Of a stretch of DNA of 64,000 bases, positions 25,845 through 37,607 are shown piece after piece. The stretch is taken from the NCBI RefSeq assembly GCF_024521635.1, contig NW_026250405.1, forward strand, positions 186,001 through 250,000, written 5' to 3'. The notes under the pieces were generated by a model that had not been told where the DNA came from, did not search any database, and worked only from the letters and a program-made list of their open reading frames with translations. Position 1 is the first letter of the stretch. Every line of letters starts with the position of its first letter. The DNA comes from Tricharina praecox (lineage: Eukaryota). The position numbers were made by a program, and so were the translations under genes.

Positions 25845-26849
25845 ATGGCTGCACCAAACCTTAAGATAATCGGCGAGGGATTCGCCTACAAACCCCTCGC
25901 GAAACCCCACGCTGCCACGGAGACATCTCCCGCTTTGACCAAGGAAGCCGAATCCCGCGGGCAGCCACCAGTCGCCGACGTCGCCACCGCCTCCAAAACT
26001 AACACCCAACCGCAGCCCGCTCACGATTCGAAGCGTGCGCACTCCTCCATCTCCGACGATGACGAGGACCTCGTCTTCGAGTGGGACTGCAACCAGGTGC
26101 GTCGCAAGATCAACACCTTCCTGGAAGCCGGGGAGATGAAGGTTAAGGAGTTCCAAGACGCAATCGGAGTGGGCAGCGGGTCGTACGCGCGGTTTATGGC
26201 GCAGCATGGACGCTGGGACGGCATGGGCAACAACACGATGGCGGGGGCGTACAAGTTCTTCAAGAAGCGCGAGGCGCAGGGTATCGCCATGCCCAAGAAG
26301 CGGAAGTCTACGGACGCGGCGATCTTCGACGTTTCGGATGTGCATCTCGAGGGCGAGGAGGAGGATGCAGTTCAAATCTACGACAGCTGTGATGAGGTTC
26401 GACGGAAGATCTCGGCGCATCTCAGGAAACCCGGGGTTACGCAGGCGTCGTTTTTGAAGACTCTCGCGGCGCAGTTTCGTTCCATCGAAGTGAAGCTGCA
26501 GTCGAAACAACTGAATGACTTCCGTGGCAAGCACGGTGCGGATGCGGGGAACACCAGCAGGGTGTTTTATGCGGCTTATGTATTCTTCGAGAAGTTGCGC
26601 ATCAAGGAGAAGAAGCCGAAGGGAAAGCATCGGGTTGAGATGGAGCGGGTGTGGGGGAAGTCTGGAGGTTTCGATACGACGCATGTCGGCGGTGGTAGAG
26701 GATGGTCCGACCCCTTCATCAAGTACATAATATCATCGTATCCGGAGACTGACATTTCTCTGCACAGGGTCGCTTGCATGAAAGGCGAAACCCCCTTGAT
26801 GGACCAATACGGCAAAATTACGTTTAGTGGGGTCCCACGGAAAGGTTAG
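25845..26849 (+). CDS. Fungal protein with two homologous domains (resembles DUF7726, from memory)
   Basis: Internal duplication DCNQVRRKINTFL...AYKFFKK versus DSCDEVRRKISAHL...AYVFFEK; probable in-frame 63-nt intron 26705-26767. Confidence 0.8.
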   Translation: MAAPNLKIIGEGFAYKPLAKPHAATETSPALTKEAESRGQPPVADVATASKTNTQPQPAHDSKRAHSSISDDDEDLVFEWDCNQVRRKINTFLEAGEMKVKEFQDAIGVGSGSYARFMAQHGRWDGMGNNTMAGAYKFFKKREAQGIAMPKKRKSTDAAIFDVSDVHLEGEEEDAVQIYDSCDEVRRKISAHLRKPGVTQASFLKTLAAQFRSIEVKLQSKQLNDFRGKHGADAGNTSRVFYAAYVFFEKLRIKEKKPKGKHRVEMERVWGKSGGFDTTHVGGGRGWSDPFIKYIISSYPETDISLHRVACMKGETPLMDQYGKITFSGVPRKG

Positions 26850-28234
26850 CACGTGGGCGCGCATCTTGCCGGCGCGACGATAGTTACGGGGAAATGGGAC
26901 TGTGTGAATCGTCTTGAATCGGTTTTTTTTATACTTCTTCATCGTAGTCACTGTCTTTAATTCATCTTTTCGTCACCGACATTCTGCTCTTCGTGCATCA
27001 GGTCTACTCATCAATCTTGAATCTAGACATAGGCATCAGAATCTCCAAGGGCCCCATAGTCGATGTTTTTCTTGGTGTGTCGTATCGGCGATTCTTGATT
27101 CTAGATAGGGTCGCGGGCTTGTTTCCACTTGTCGTTGATCCGTCGCGTCTGATGGGGAGTGTCTACCCTGCACACTATGTACCGGTATATACCCTGGGTA
27201 GAGTACCTATTCATGCAAAGTTTAAACGATATCGAGCTTGTTCCATGTAGAGATGTACCCCACTTATCCCGCCCACCAAACTTCCTCCATCCCCTGCGGG
27301 TGATCATGGATCCACCACCCTTCCTCGCTATGTATACCCGCCAGCATCCTGCTATTTTTCCCTGTCATCATCACAGCACGGCGATTTTTACCGAAACCCG
27401 TCGTGCGGCCTGCGTCGCTACTCAACACGCGCCGAATGCGCGTCTGACGACCGAACCTCCGGCGACACAGGCTCAGGAAACTAGTTGCGCGAGAGTTTGA
27501 ATACCACATAGATACATCAGCGGAGTCATATTGCTAGTATCTCGACATTACATACCCCCCGTCGATGCCGACCGGCCGCCACCCACCACACCACGACCAA
27601 CGTATTGGAACCAATGGTCCACAATAAACGCGATCGAATCGGTTCTTGACCGAGCTGCCGAGCGAGGTATATACAAACGTAGACGACAGCTGGCGCAGCT
27701 ATTTCGGCTGCGACGCCTTCTACACGCGATAACCTTCCTCCTCCTCCGACGAGAATATACGATCCGATGCACCATTCATCGCAAACATTCAATCCGGCGT
27801 CCGTCATTATATCCATGCCTACCTATGCTACAATAACCTATGAAAACTGCCTATGAAAAAAATAAAAATGAAAAAAATAAATCAAAATGGGCTACCGGTA
27901 CTACGGTAGTGTGTATTGTACATCACTCTCTGAGGAACTCCATATGTATAACTAGCTTAGGCTGCATAAGCCAGTGGATAGTGAGGTACACGGAGTAGGC
28001 AGCTTTGTTTTTTGTTTAATCAGTAATTGCTTGCGACCTATGTAGATCATGGCAATATACGGAGTAGGCAGCCATACAATTGCCAATCCCGAGAGTGAGT
28101 GAGTGGCTCGTGAGTGAGTGAGTGAGCAGGAGGCCCCACTGCCCCACTGCCCCAGATCTCCGCAGACTAGCTAACCTCAAGGTAGAATTCCGACCAATAA
28201 CTTCCCGCTGGTACTATACATTAGTTATGTACGT

Positions 28235-28956
28235 ATGGTACGCAGTATGGCACGCAGCAGCCAGCGTGTCCTAGCCTTGGTAGGAGAATCCACCGCACCG
28301 CCACCCGCACACATCCGCTCCATCATGATCATCGCGCCGCTCTCTAGGTCCACGGCCGTCGCAGGTATTCCTAGTGCGCGCGGACGGCTTTCGTGGGGAG
28401 GGACACCTTTCTCGCGGCGAAGATCTACAACCCATTTTTCTCCAGTTCGGACGACATCGTCTCGACGCACCCTATTATTTTCGCACAGGCGCTGTATACG
28501 CGGGAGGTATCCGTCTACCGGCACATCACCGGGCGCTCGTCTCATCTCCCGGTCCCGCGGTTCTACGGCTCCTTCGAAGCTATTCTCCCCAGTGGCCGCC
28601 CCGTCTACGTGGTGCTTCTCGAGCACATCCCAGGTGCGACGCTGCAGGAGGATCTTCGGGACTACGACGACGACGCTATCCGCGCTGACCAGGCCCTGTT
28701 GCGTGCTGGCATCTACCACCGTGACCTCGCCGGAAGGAATTTTGTCCGCCGCCGCGATAGGCAAATCGCAGTCATTGACTTTGGCGACGCGGATATCGCG
28801 GAGAATGGCCAGCAGTCGGACGACGAGGATGTGGTCATGAGGTGGGCTGGTAATGAAGACTTCGTGGCCGCTGGTTATATCCCCGATCCCCGCGGTGGCG
28901 GTGATCCGGGCCGTGCTTGTCTGAAGATGGTCCGAGATGTCGAAGGTGGAGGGTAG
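28235..28956 (+). pseudogene. Protein-kinase-like gene with two apparent N-terminal frameshifts
   Basis: AAKIYNP, REVSVY, VPRFYGSF, VLLEHIPG, IYHRDLAGRN and VIDFG in ORF 28393-28956, which lacks an ATG; the upstream kinase-like segment SQVFLVR and the ATG lie in other frames. Confidence 0.7.
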
Positions 28957-29674
28957 GTATTGTGTTTGTCGGAGAGGTAGAGGGGTGGAGGTCAATCTGT
29001 ATGTTTTTATTACTGACGGTTCACTTAATAGGTGATGGAGATGGTGGCTGAACGTCAGTGCCATAGTGATATGTCTAGTGACATGGCTGTACAGTCACTA
29101 AGGTCTGTCTTGATTATAAATGAATGAACGAAGGAGCTGGATAGGACAGAACACAGCTTCAATCTAATATCTTATCGTAAGGGTGCTATTGATAGCCTCT
29201 GTAAAAAATTGATTGTGCGTGACTGTTCTTGATACGGCTTCTACTGCTCAAACGATGAGAACGATGACCAGTGCTCGTTTCGGTCGATGGTGAATACCCG
29301 TTTGATCCTGTGGATTATTTCCTTTATGTACTGAGCTTTACTACTGCCCTAATCTCAATCGACCGCCCTTCCGAACACCCATCACTGTTGCCGACATGAC
29401 CCTTGAGTGGCATGTGCCGTCACTCGCACCGCTCGTTGGTTCCCGATCTGGAAATTCCATCCGCTACGTTTTTGACATCACTCGTTTTGTATCAAAACTA
29501 CCACCACCTGAAGTAATTGTGCAACAGTGGCAATGTAAAATGAACGATCGCTGGGTAAACGTTTTATATCAATCGTCAGCTCCGGGTTTCCGGCCATAAG
29601 CAACGTGACTTTACGAACAGATCGTCAACTGGATGCCTAGTATTCCGAATCTCAACATCTGCGGGAAAGATAAC

Positions 29675-30745
29675 TTACAGCAGTATATAGGCATGGACGT
29701 TCTTATTTTTAACCACCGTGTATCCTTTACAGCAGATGCGATCGGCCTCGTTCCTATCCAAGTCCAAGACACAGGTGAACGCGGCGAGGCAGTACGCATG
29801 AAACGCAGTCTCGGAGTTGACCAGCGCCATGGCTCCCACCTGCTTCAGCTTCTTACACTTCGGCCAGAGGCTCAGCGGCTGCTTGAACGCGAACGTGGCG
29901 ATGTCGACGAAGCCGGCGATCTCCAGCCGCATCTTGAGGGCCGCGCCCGATCATGGTCATGGCTTTGCTGCCGAGCTCGAAACACACCGCGCACGGGTTA
30001 TCGGTTGACATGCTGCCGTCGTCGGAGTACGCTGCACCGCCGAGCTCGGTCAGCTCCACAAATCCCCCAGGTGCGGCACACCGGCAGAACTCCAACAAAA
30101 GCTTCGGCCAGTCGCTGATCGCCTGGTTAAGGTTGCGGCTATAGATGAAGTAGAAAGTGTTTTCTGCAAAGGTTTACTCCTCCTCCGCGTCGTCGACTTG
30201 GAAGCGGCAGTTGGGTGGAACCCTGGAGGGGAAGCCATCAGTTGATACCTCGCGTTGTCCGAACCTTATCTATTGGAACGCACCAGCCAGGTTGGATGGG
30301 ACTGTGCTCTAGTCAGCTATACAGTCCTCCAAGGAGGAACTTTGGAATGACCATCACCTGAGGTCCGTGCCTATTACTTCCGCCATGAGATACGTATCCG
30401 CCATATCAATCGCCCAAATCCCAGTTCCTGTTGATTCATCGTTCACTCAGCCAACATCTCCCAAACCAGCAAACGCCTCACAGCTAGTGCTGCATACCAG
30501 TTCTGACATCAAGCACGCGCTGTGGCCTCTTGATCGGCGCTTTATGAAGTTCTCAATTCAGAAGCATCAAAAAGATCTCGTGATGCATATCCAGCCGATC
30601 TTGCTCTACCTACATCACATCGCATGCCATGTTAGCTATCCAATTCCTGTATTTATCGGTTGGCGATGAGCTGGCTTGAATACCTACCTCGACATTAGGC
30701 ATGGTAGTCTTCTCAACCCCGAAGTAGGCATGATTCCGTCTCGGA
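29675..30745 (-). pseudogene. LaeA-like/TAM-type SAM-dependent methyltransferase pseudogene
   Basis: EQDRLDMHHEIF..N*ELHKAPI..RVLDVRTG|TGIWAIDMAD..VIGTDLS|PIQPGW|VPPNCRFQVDDAEEE*TF..DWPKLL..PGGFVEL..AGFVDI..WPK; two stops and a frameshift near 29930. Confidence 0.88.
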
Positions 30746-31910
30746 CAGTGCAGTGAGTCGTTCGTGTCAGAAGAACAAGCATATCAATCAATCCGACATC
30801 ACATCTTCACCCACCTCCGGGACAGCATGGCGGCCAACTTTATATGTCTTTGCCCGCCCCCACTCATTCTTCTTGCATGTGGTCCGACACGCACACACAC
30901 ATACCGAGATCATCAAGCGTACGAGATATACCCAACACCGTGGTAAAATCGCCTGTTTCTCTGGGCGCATCGAGTGCATGCAAGTTTCGGCGGGTAGGTG
31001 TATTAACCACACGGTGAGAGGTAGAGTACTCGTTAGTGGAGAGTAAGGTTCTACCCGCCGGCACTCGGTGCTCACCAAGCGATGGTGGTCTATTTCTACC
31101 GTATCCACCATTTTTTTGTTTGATCATAATGAATCCCCATATAGATCATAGCCTACGCATGCTGGATATCCTACATCATACCTGCTATATGGGTATTTAA
31201 CTCGAGACTACGACCCATATCCCCCACCCTCCGCCTGGACAGCCAAAAGATAAAGAGCGTATTCAAATACAAAAGAAGCAAAAATAGTTTCTGTGACCGA
31301 TCATGCGTCGGGCTATCCCCATGTTCCCTCATACTGGCCCCCTCACCAGCCGGTATGTAGCTCTCGTACAACCCCTCCAGCGTGTACCAAAAGATAGAAA
31401 CCTCCATCTCTCCACGATCTCCGCTTTCTTGACCCTGCCGGCTCGCCCGTGTTGCTTAGACTCCTTGGCGGTTTACCCTTCTGCCTTCAGCATCATTCCC
31501 TTCTTCTCGCCTCACGCCTTTCACCTAGGAAACCCACCTTTCCCTTAGTGCTTGTGCTACTCTGAGACAGCGGTATTCCTATAGCCGTTGTGCCTCTAGT
31601 GTGCATCACAGTCGGGGGCCGGCGTTTTGAGTGTGGCCGGCAAAGCTGCTAGCTCTTCGCTTAGATACCTGGTGCCACCTTCGCTTGGGTCCCTGTTCTT
31701 ACATAGCAGGGGTGGCGGCGGGAGCCACTGGCAGGACGTTGAAGGATGTGGCTGGAACCGCCATACCCAGGGTCCATACGCTCTGCGGAACAGGAGTTTC
31801 TGTCCCGCCAATCGGAGCCACCGAATCCTCGAAACTCTTCACGTTCGCATTTTTGGCCTCTTGATTCTCGCGGCGGAGCCGCGGAGAGGCTCGGTGTCCC
31901 TTAACAGAGT

Positions 31911-32296
31911 CTAGCTCATCGGGAGATGCCATGAAGGGGGGTGTAGGAAGGAGCAGCGGAAGTGGCCCCAGCTCATCAACCTCAGCGCCCTCTTCCTCCT
32001 CCTCTTGTCTCTTCTCTGTCTGCATCTATTCTCGCTCCCTGAGCTTCCACCCGGGCACCTTACTTGCTGCCTCTTCCTCAGCGACCTCCGGGATCCGCTT
32101 GCTCACATCAGTGGTAACGAGAACCTTCAGGATAGCTTGGCTGCACCCCTCGTATGCGAAGAGGTCACCGATCCTGAAGCGATCCTTGTCCCTCCCCCTC
32201 TCTTTCCGGACCTCTGCGCACAGGATCTTCTGTTGGCTTTTCCCCTCGGGGCGACACTTGAAGAGGTGCACCTTCGTCCACTAGAGGTACTGGCCC
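31911..32296 (-). mobile_element. 5'-truncated, degenerate non-LTR retrotransposon (Tad1-like LINE) ORF2 C-terminus
   Basis: GQYL*WTK..HLFKCRPEGKSQQKILCAEVRKERGRDKDRFRIGDLFAYEGCSQAILKVLVTTDV..WKLRERE..LPTPPFMAS resembles the post-RNase H region of Pezizales LINEs as I recall them; contains stops and an internal deletion. Confidence 0.7.
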
Positions 32297-32335
32297 GCAT
32301 TACGGATAGGTGGCGGTTGTGTTGGAGTTAAGCTT

Positions 32336-32970
32336 ACTCTAGGTAGAGTGATGCACAATGACCCCATCTCAGAGTCCCGAATGGAGTCGACCATGCCCAT
32401 CCATTCATCCAATCCTTTCAATCCATATAGAGTTTCGTAATACATCCACAAGAACTGCCCTGAAGGGAACAAGTCATTGAAGTTGGAATAAACGTATCCC
32501 GGCACTGGATCATGTCGGGTTCCTTCTTCTCGCAATCGTCGAGAACCGCCGAATAGTTGCGTATGCCATGTGCCCTCTTCGTTGTAGTTCCCAGTCCCCT
32601 TTTCTCGAAGATGTTTGATGCAGAGCTCCCTGGGATCCGGAGGCTGCGCTGAAATTTCCTGCTTATATGCTATTAGTCGCAGGTTGTGGTTTGAGGTAAT
32701 TGGACCTTACCCAATCGGAATGACAATGTGAAGAACGCAATTCTGGCGGTCCAGCTGAAGTGGCACGCCTGGCAGCCAGGTGATTCTTGGACATCGGTCC
32801 CGTCGGAGGTGCATTTGTGTACAGCTCTGATGTAGCCGCCGACCCCCGAGGCCAGCGGGACCAGTGGAATGACCGAGGTTTCGTGGTAAAGTTGCGGTAT
32901 TTGCGCGCCGTATAATTGATTCCGAATATGGAACGCGGTCATTGCATGCGACTCGTTGGGAAAACACATG
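32336..32970 (-). pseudogene. Relic exons of an unknown gene abutting the LINE fragment
   Basis: Protein-like exon AYKQEISAQPPDPRELCIKHL...LCITLPR bounded by ACTAATAG and GTAAGC; upstream exon ends in a GTAAGG donor; no coherent 5' end. Confidence 0.35.
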
Positions 32971-33779
32971 CCACCGAAGGTTGGTATGGCGCAGTTAAGT
33001 AGCAGTATGCTGATTTGCGTATGATTTCTGTTACTATGGGTATGCAACGTGGTGGAAAGACATGACTGATGTAACTCACCATTGTCCTAGGAGCGACGAT
33101 TGCGGCCTCATCTGGAATTCCACGGTAGTAGAATCGAGAGCAGTGACTCGTCCGATCGCATGAACGACACAGGATCCAATCCTACCTCTAAGGTTCGCTT
33201 CTTTGACTTGTTATTGCTGCGGTGATGGGGATGATGTTGCCGGCCGATGGCGCAGGAGATACGGGGTGATTCGTGATAAGGTCGAATAAACACATCGTGG
33301 TGACTGAGCCGTATGAGATGAGTGTAAGGTCTTGACGTTACTTCCATCATTGATGTGAGAGGTTACTCGACAGGGTTTGCCGTACGCACGCATCGTCGGT
33401 GTATCCGGGTAGATCGGGCCTGGATTCATGCATATCCCTGTTAAGTGGAGTCGACTCCCGCAGAGACCTCGAGGTCAGGTGGTAGGACTGGCCGCTGGCA
33501 GCCAGTAGGTTGGGTGATTCGGGGATCAGTGCGAGAATAGATATCTTCGAAATAGGTTTCAGATATTGGCATGTTCGGATTCCTGTGAGCGTGTTATCAA
33601 AGGCCGAACGACTTAAGTATGCTCTGACAGAAAGAGGAAGAAAACGTGTATGTACGACGGGGGAGGACCAAAAGAAAGCCCATTGCGAACATGGCTACGT
33701 CACTCGTTTAAGTGTACATCATGATTCTTCCATCCAGATCCTAGATATCCTGGGGCAAACACAGCACCTACGGTACTCA

Positions 33780-34157
33780 TTACAAGCCAGCGGGAATCCC
33801 ACCATCCGCCTTTCTACCGTCCGCCTCCCCCGCCTCGCGATCTCCCCCCACAACCTCTGGCTTGTCCACATTTTCGCCGCCCGAACTCGTTCCTGGGTGC
33901 CCACACGTGCAGCAGCCCTCTCCCTGAAACAGCTCGCCCTCGCTCCTCCGCTTTCCGTTCGACGTACGCGGCGCGAACGGGTGGCGCATTCGTACCTTGA
34001 AGCGCTGGTACTTGCCGACCACACTCGCACAGATGATAATCACACAGCCGAGGATATGGATCTTGGTGAGCAACGGAGCTGATGTGTGTTAGCTGCGAAG
34101 AGAAAGAAATATGGCGAGATACATACCGTCCCTCCACGGGTTGAGATGGACCTTCAT
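33780..34157 (-). CDS. Small orphan protein (~108 aa) with one hydrophobic segment, 2 exons
   Basis: MKVHLNPWRD|GTATGT...GCTAAC...CAG|PLLTKIHILGCVIIICASVVG...GIPAGL*. Confidence 0.6.
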
Positions 34158-35007
34158 GTTGAGGGATCGTCGCCTTGCTAATCAGGGGGATCGAAAGCGA
34201 AGGTTGTCGTTGGGTGGAGGGGGGGGATTGGGCGGAGTAAGGGGCGTAGAGATGGCGGCGTTTGAGGAGAAGGAGGAAGAAGGGGTTGAGGTGTAGAGGT
34301 GATGCCGAGATGGTTGCTGCCACTTCTTGGTCGACTGCCGTTCCCTTAAGATCGTGCTCACACAACATGCATCACGATTGGACACCCTTAGGGTTGGCAG
34401 GTGGGTGTACTGCAGTTTCACTGGAGTCATATTTGATTTCGTCGTTTGTGTCGCCGTTTACGACTTCTCGCTCCGCGGTGGAGCGCTGTTATCGACGCCA
34501 TACTCAGCGTCTTGGGGTCGAAGATAGCTGCACCACATCTAGTAGCCGGCCGGCCGGAGTGGGCAGGAAATGAGTGCAACAGTTCGCCATAGTCTAGATG
34601 GTCTGCATGCGAAATAAACTGAAGATCTCTCTCTCTACACCTAGTAGCAAATCGGCATTATCAGCACAGCTCGCAAGGCTTTAGTTCTCTCCTCATACGC
34701 AACTCCTGCCCGCAACACCTCTACCACTTTGAATTTCCCCACCATCTTGAAGTACCTGCTAAACCATGATAATGACACAGATTTTCAAGCACACTTATGA
34801 CCCGAAACGGATAAGCATACCCCCTTAGCAGCTACATCCTCCCGCCTGCGCCGCCTGTAGACCGATTACAGACCAAATGCAGAAAAAAAAGAAGAAAAAG
34901 CAGAAAAATTCCCATAAACCCAGTCGTTGTATTCAAGAAGCTTAGCCTCGGCGACCCAAATCCATGCAGCTCAGACATTGAACCGGAATCGCAAGCAGGG
35001 CCTGAAT

Positions 35008-35294
35008 CTACTGACGACGGCGACAACAGTTGTAGAACTTTCTCCAATGGAGGCCGGCATAGATCAGACCGATCGCACCAAAGAGGCCAAACATGACGAC
35101 GAGTCCAATGGCCTTCTCGGACATCTCGTCGGAATGAAACTTCTTGGCGTAGTCAACTGGGTCGACCGGGGTGACGGAGTCGAACGGAGTAGTTCCGGCG
35201 GCCGCGGTGAGGGGGTCGACGACGGGCATGTTGAAGTCTAGAAGGGATTAGATTCATTCGCTGGAAAGAACCATGAGAGAGTAGTACTGTTCAT
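35008..35294 (-). CDS. Small single-pass membrane protein (~78 aa), micro first exon
   Basis: ATGAACA|GTACTA...CTAAT...TAG| then MPVVDP...AIGLVVMFGLFGAIGLIYAGLHWRKFYNCCRRRQ* (TM helix plus basic, Cys-Cys tail). Confidence 0.65.
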
Positions 35295-35969
35295 GATTGT
35301 CAGTCGTTTAGAGGAGGATTGCGATAGTTGTTCGTGAGCTCGATTGACGAAGTTTGTTTAAGGGAGATGAATGGTGGTTGTTGTTTCCAAGACAGAGAAG
35401 AAAGGCGAGAGAATTGGTGGTGGTGCGGGCACTAGTACACACACATTCAAGACGTCGCGGGGTCGAGGTAATTTGGATGAAGGGTTGAGTGAGAGAAAGT
35501 GTACGAGATCGCGGTGATCACGTGCACGGACCTTTCTATTTTACCTGGTACTGTATATCTCACTCGGATCTGCCTAGCTACTTCAGTTGGCACCAACTTG
35601 GTTGGGGCATGCTTGTGGTTGACATAGTCTAGTAAGGCCGAATGCGAGAATAAGATGATTGTCTCTATCTGATTTGGGTATACGTTATGCAAAACGAAGG
35701 TAGAACGGAGGCAGTACGATGGATACGCCGCAGGTGATAACCCATGTGTTACATACTCGCAGACGGACAACAGAAATTAAAGAAGAACCGAAGACAATTA
35801 TCACAGAAACGCCCCAGGTGTAGCATATGATACCTACGAAAGTAGTGACCATGAACTGAAAGAAAAGGAACGCAACGCAGCATCAAACCGTATCGGTTAA
35901 GCGGACCGCCGAAGCACCTTCACACTGTCAGCAATCCCCCGTTCCGAGAACCACAACCTCCCGCATACT

Positions 35970-36553
35970 TTATCTCGCTCCATCAGAACCACTGGGACCA
36001 CCGGTAGCATTGGACTTCATCTTCTCCGCCATCCTGTCCCAGCATCAGCTTGATATCATTTGCGGCCTTCCTCGAGTATTCATGCATACGCTTCACCAGC
36101 GGGACCCATTTGGGCCAACGCTTCCTCCATCCAGCTCGGCATCGGTCCATCAAAAGAGAACACTGGCAGCTCGGCCTTCCACCTCTCCAGATCTTCGCTA
36201 CTGTAGACTTGTGAAAGCTCAGGTAGCTTGGATGAGTCGATGCCAGTCGATGAAATAGAGTGCTGTTCCTCTTCAGGGCTGCCAGCCGCGGGGCTCTTGG
36301 ACTTCTGCATCTGCTGCTGTTGAGCAGGAGGGCTCTTCGGATCGGGAGGAACGCTCGACGCAGTCGAGGTTCCGGAGGAGCTGCCGCGTTTGGTCTCGTC
36401 CTCCGCCTCAGTGCTGTTGGCAGCCTCCGCCTCCATCGCGGCGAGCATCTTCGCAGGGGGACGCAGCTTGAAATCCGAGTTTTTGCTGTTTGCGCGGATG
36501 AGTCTCCTGAGTAAATACTGCTGCTCAGCTTCGGTAAGAGTTCGGCGGGACAT
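35970..36553 (-). CDS. Hypothetical protein, 2 exons
   Basis: 157-aa ORF; a GTATGC...GCTGAT...CAG intron removes the TGA and adds MAEKMKSNATGGPSGSDGAR*. Confidence 0.65.
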
Positions 36554-37607
36554 ATTTGCTGAGAGCTGGTGGTTGGTGTAGGATCGCTAGGATGGTTGTG
36601 CTGCAGTGATTGTGAAAGGAGAGAGGTGCGGTCGTCTTGCAGTTGTATTCAAAATGGACGTCATACATGATGCTTCGACCCACGCATTGTGATATTCAAG
36701 TTTTGGCGTGTTTTAGAGTTTCTATATAAACAGATCACAATGTTTCTTGCATCGTATTTCAAGCTGGGGGCGAATCACTTGTCAACATCAAGCCGGTTTG
36801 CTGACTGAGGAAGTAACATGTGTTCATGCAATTTTGTGAAAACACATGGCGATGTTGTCTGCATACCACGCGGTGCAGTTGCTCCCGAGTATATTGCAGC
36901 ATCTCCAACTCATCGGTGACTTGACATCTTTCGTAAGGGTGCTGTCGCACAGCTGACCAAAGCCTTAGCACGGCGCATGGGTCATGGTGTCTCACTCGTC
37001 AACGTTTTTTTCTTGGGTAGATCCGAGGTGCCATGATCCAGTTTTTCTAACCAATGATTAAACAAAAAAAGGCATGATCTGGATACGTTGCACGCAAGAG
37101 AATCATTCAAGATAATCAAGAAGCTGATACATCGCCCACGGCTGGCTAACAAATATATGGAGAGGATGTGTATCGAGGTTACGTTACATACCGCTGCTGC
37201 ATAGGGAACTTGCGGTTCAGCTGGAACTTGAAACGCCAATGTACAGGTGGTAATAGTTGTGGAAAGCGGCCCTAAACATCACCCGCTCCCCTTTAGCCCT
37301 AGCTTGTTGGCAAACGACGATGCTTGGAACTCCCGTCCTCCCTTATAAACCTCCTCCGCTTCTCCACCCTTCTTTCTTCTTCCTTCCTCCTTGTCATCAC
37401 AGAAAGCCTTGCTCAACTGTCTCCACAACTCTTCTTCGACACAACTCTTCTTCGACACAACTAGTCTACGACACAACATTCATACTACCCCTACACTCAC
37501 CGACAAAGCTGGACCCCTCCCTCTCTATCTCCTCTTCACCCACTCCAATCACTGGTGATACTTCCGCTATCAATTCTCCAGCGTATTCCCTGACTTCTAC
37601 GTCCGCG

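Noticed and set aside
35970..36090. Apparent in-frame TGA codons at the end of ORF 36080-36553 as read-through or editing
   Set aside because: Fully explained by a canonical GTATGC...GCTGAT...CAG intron.
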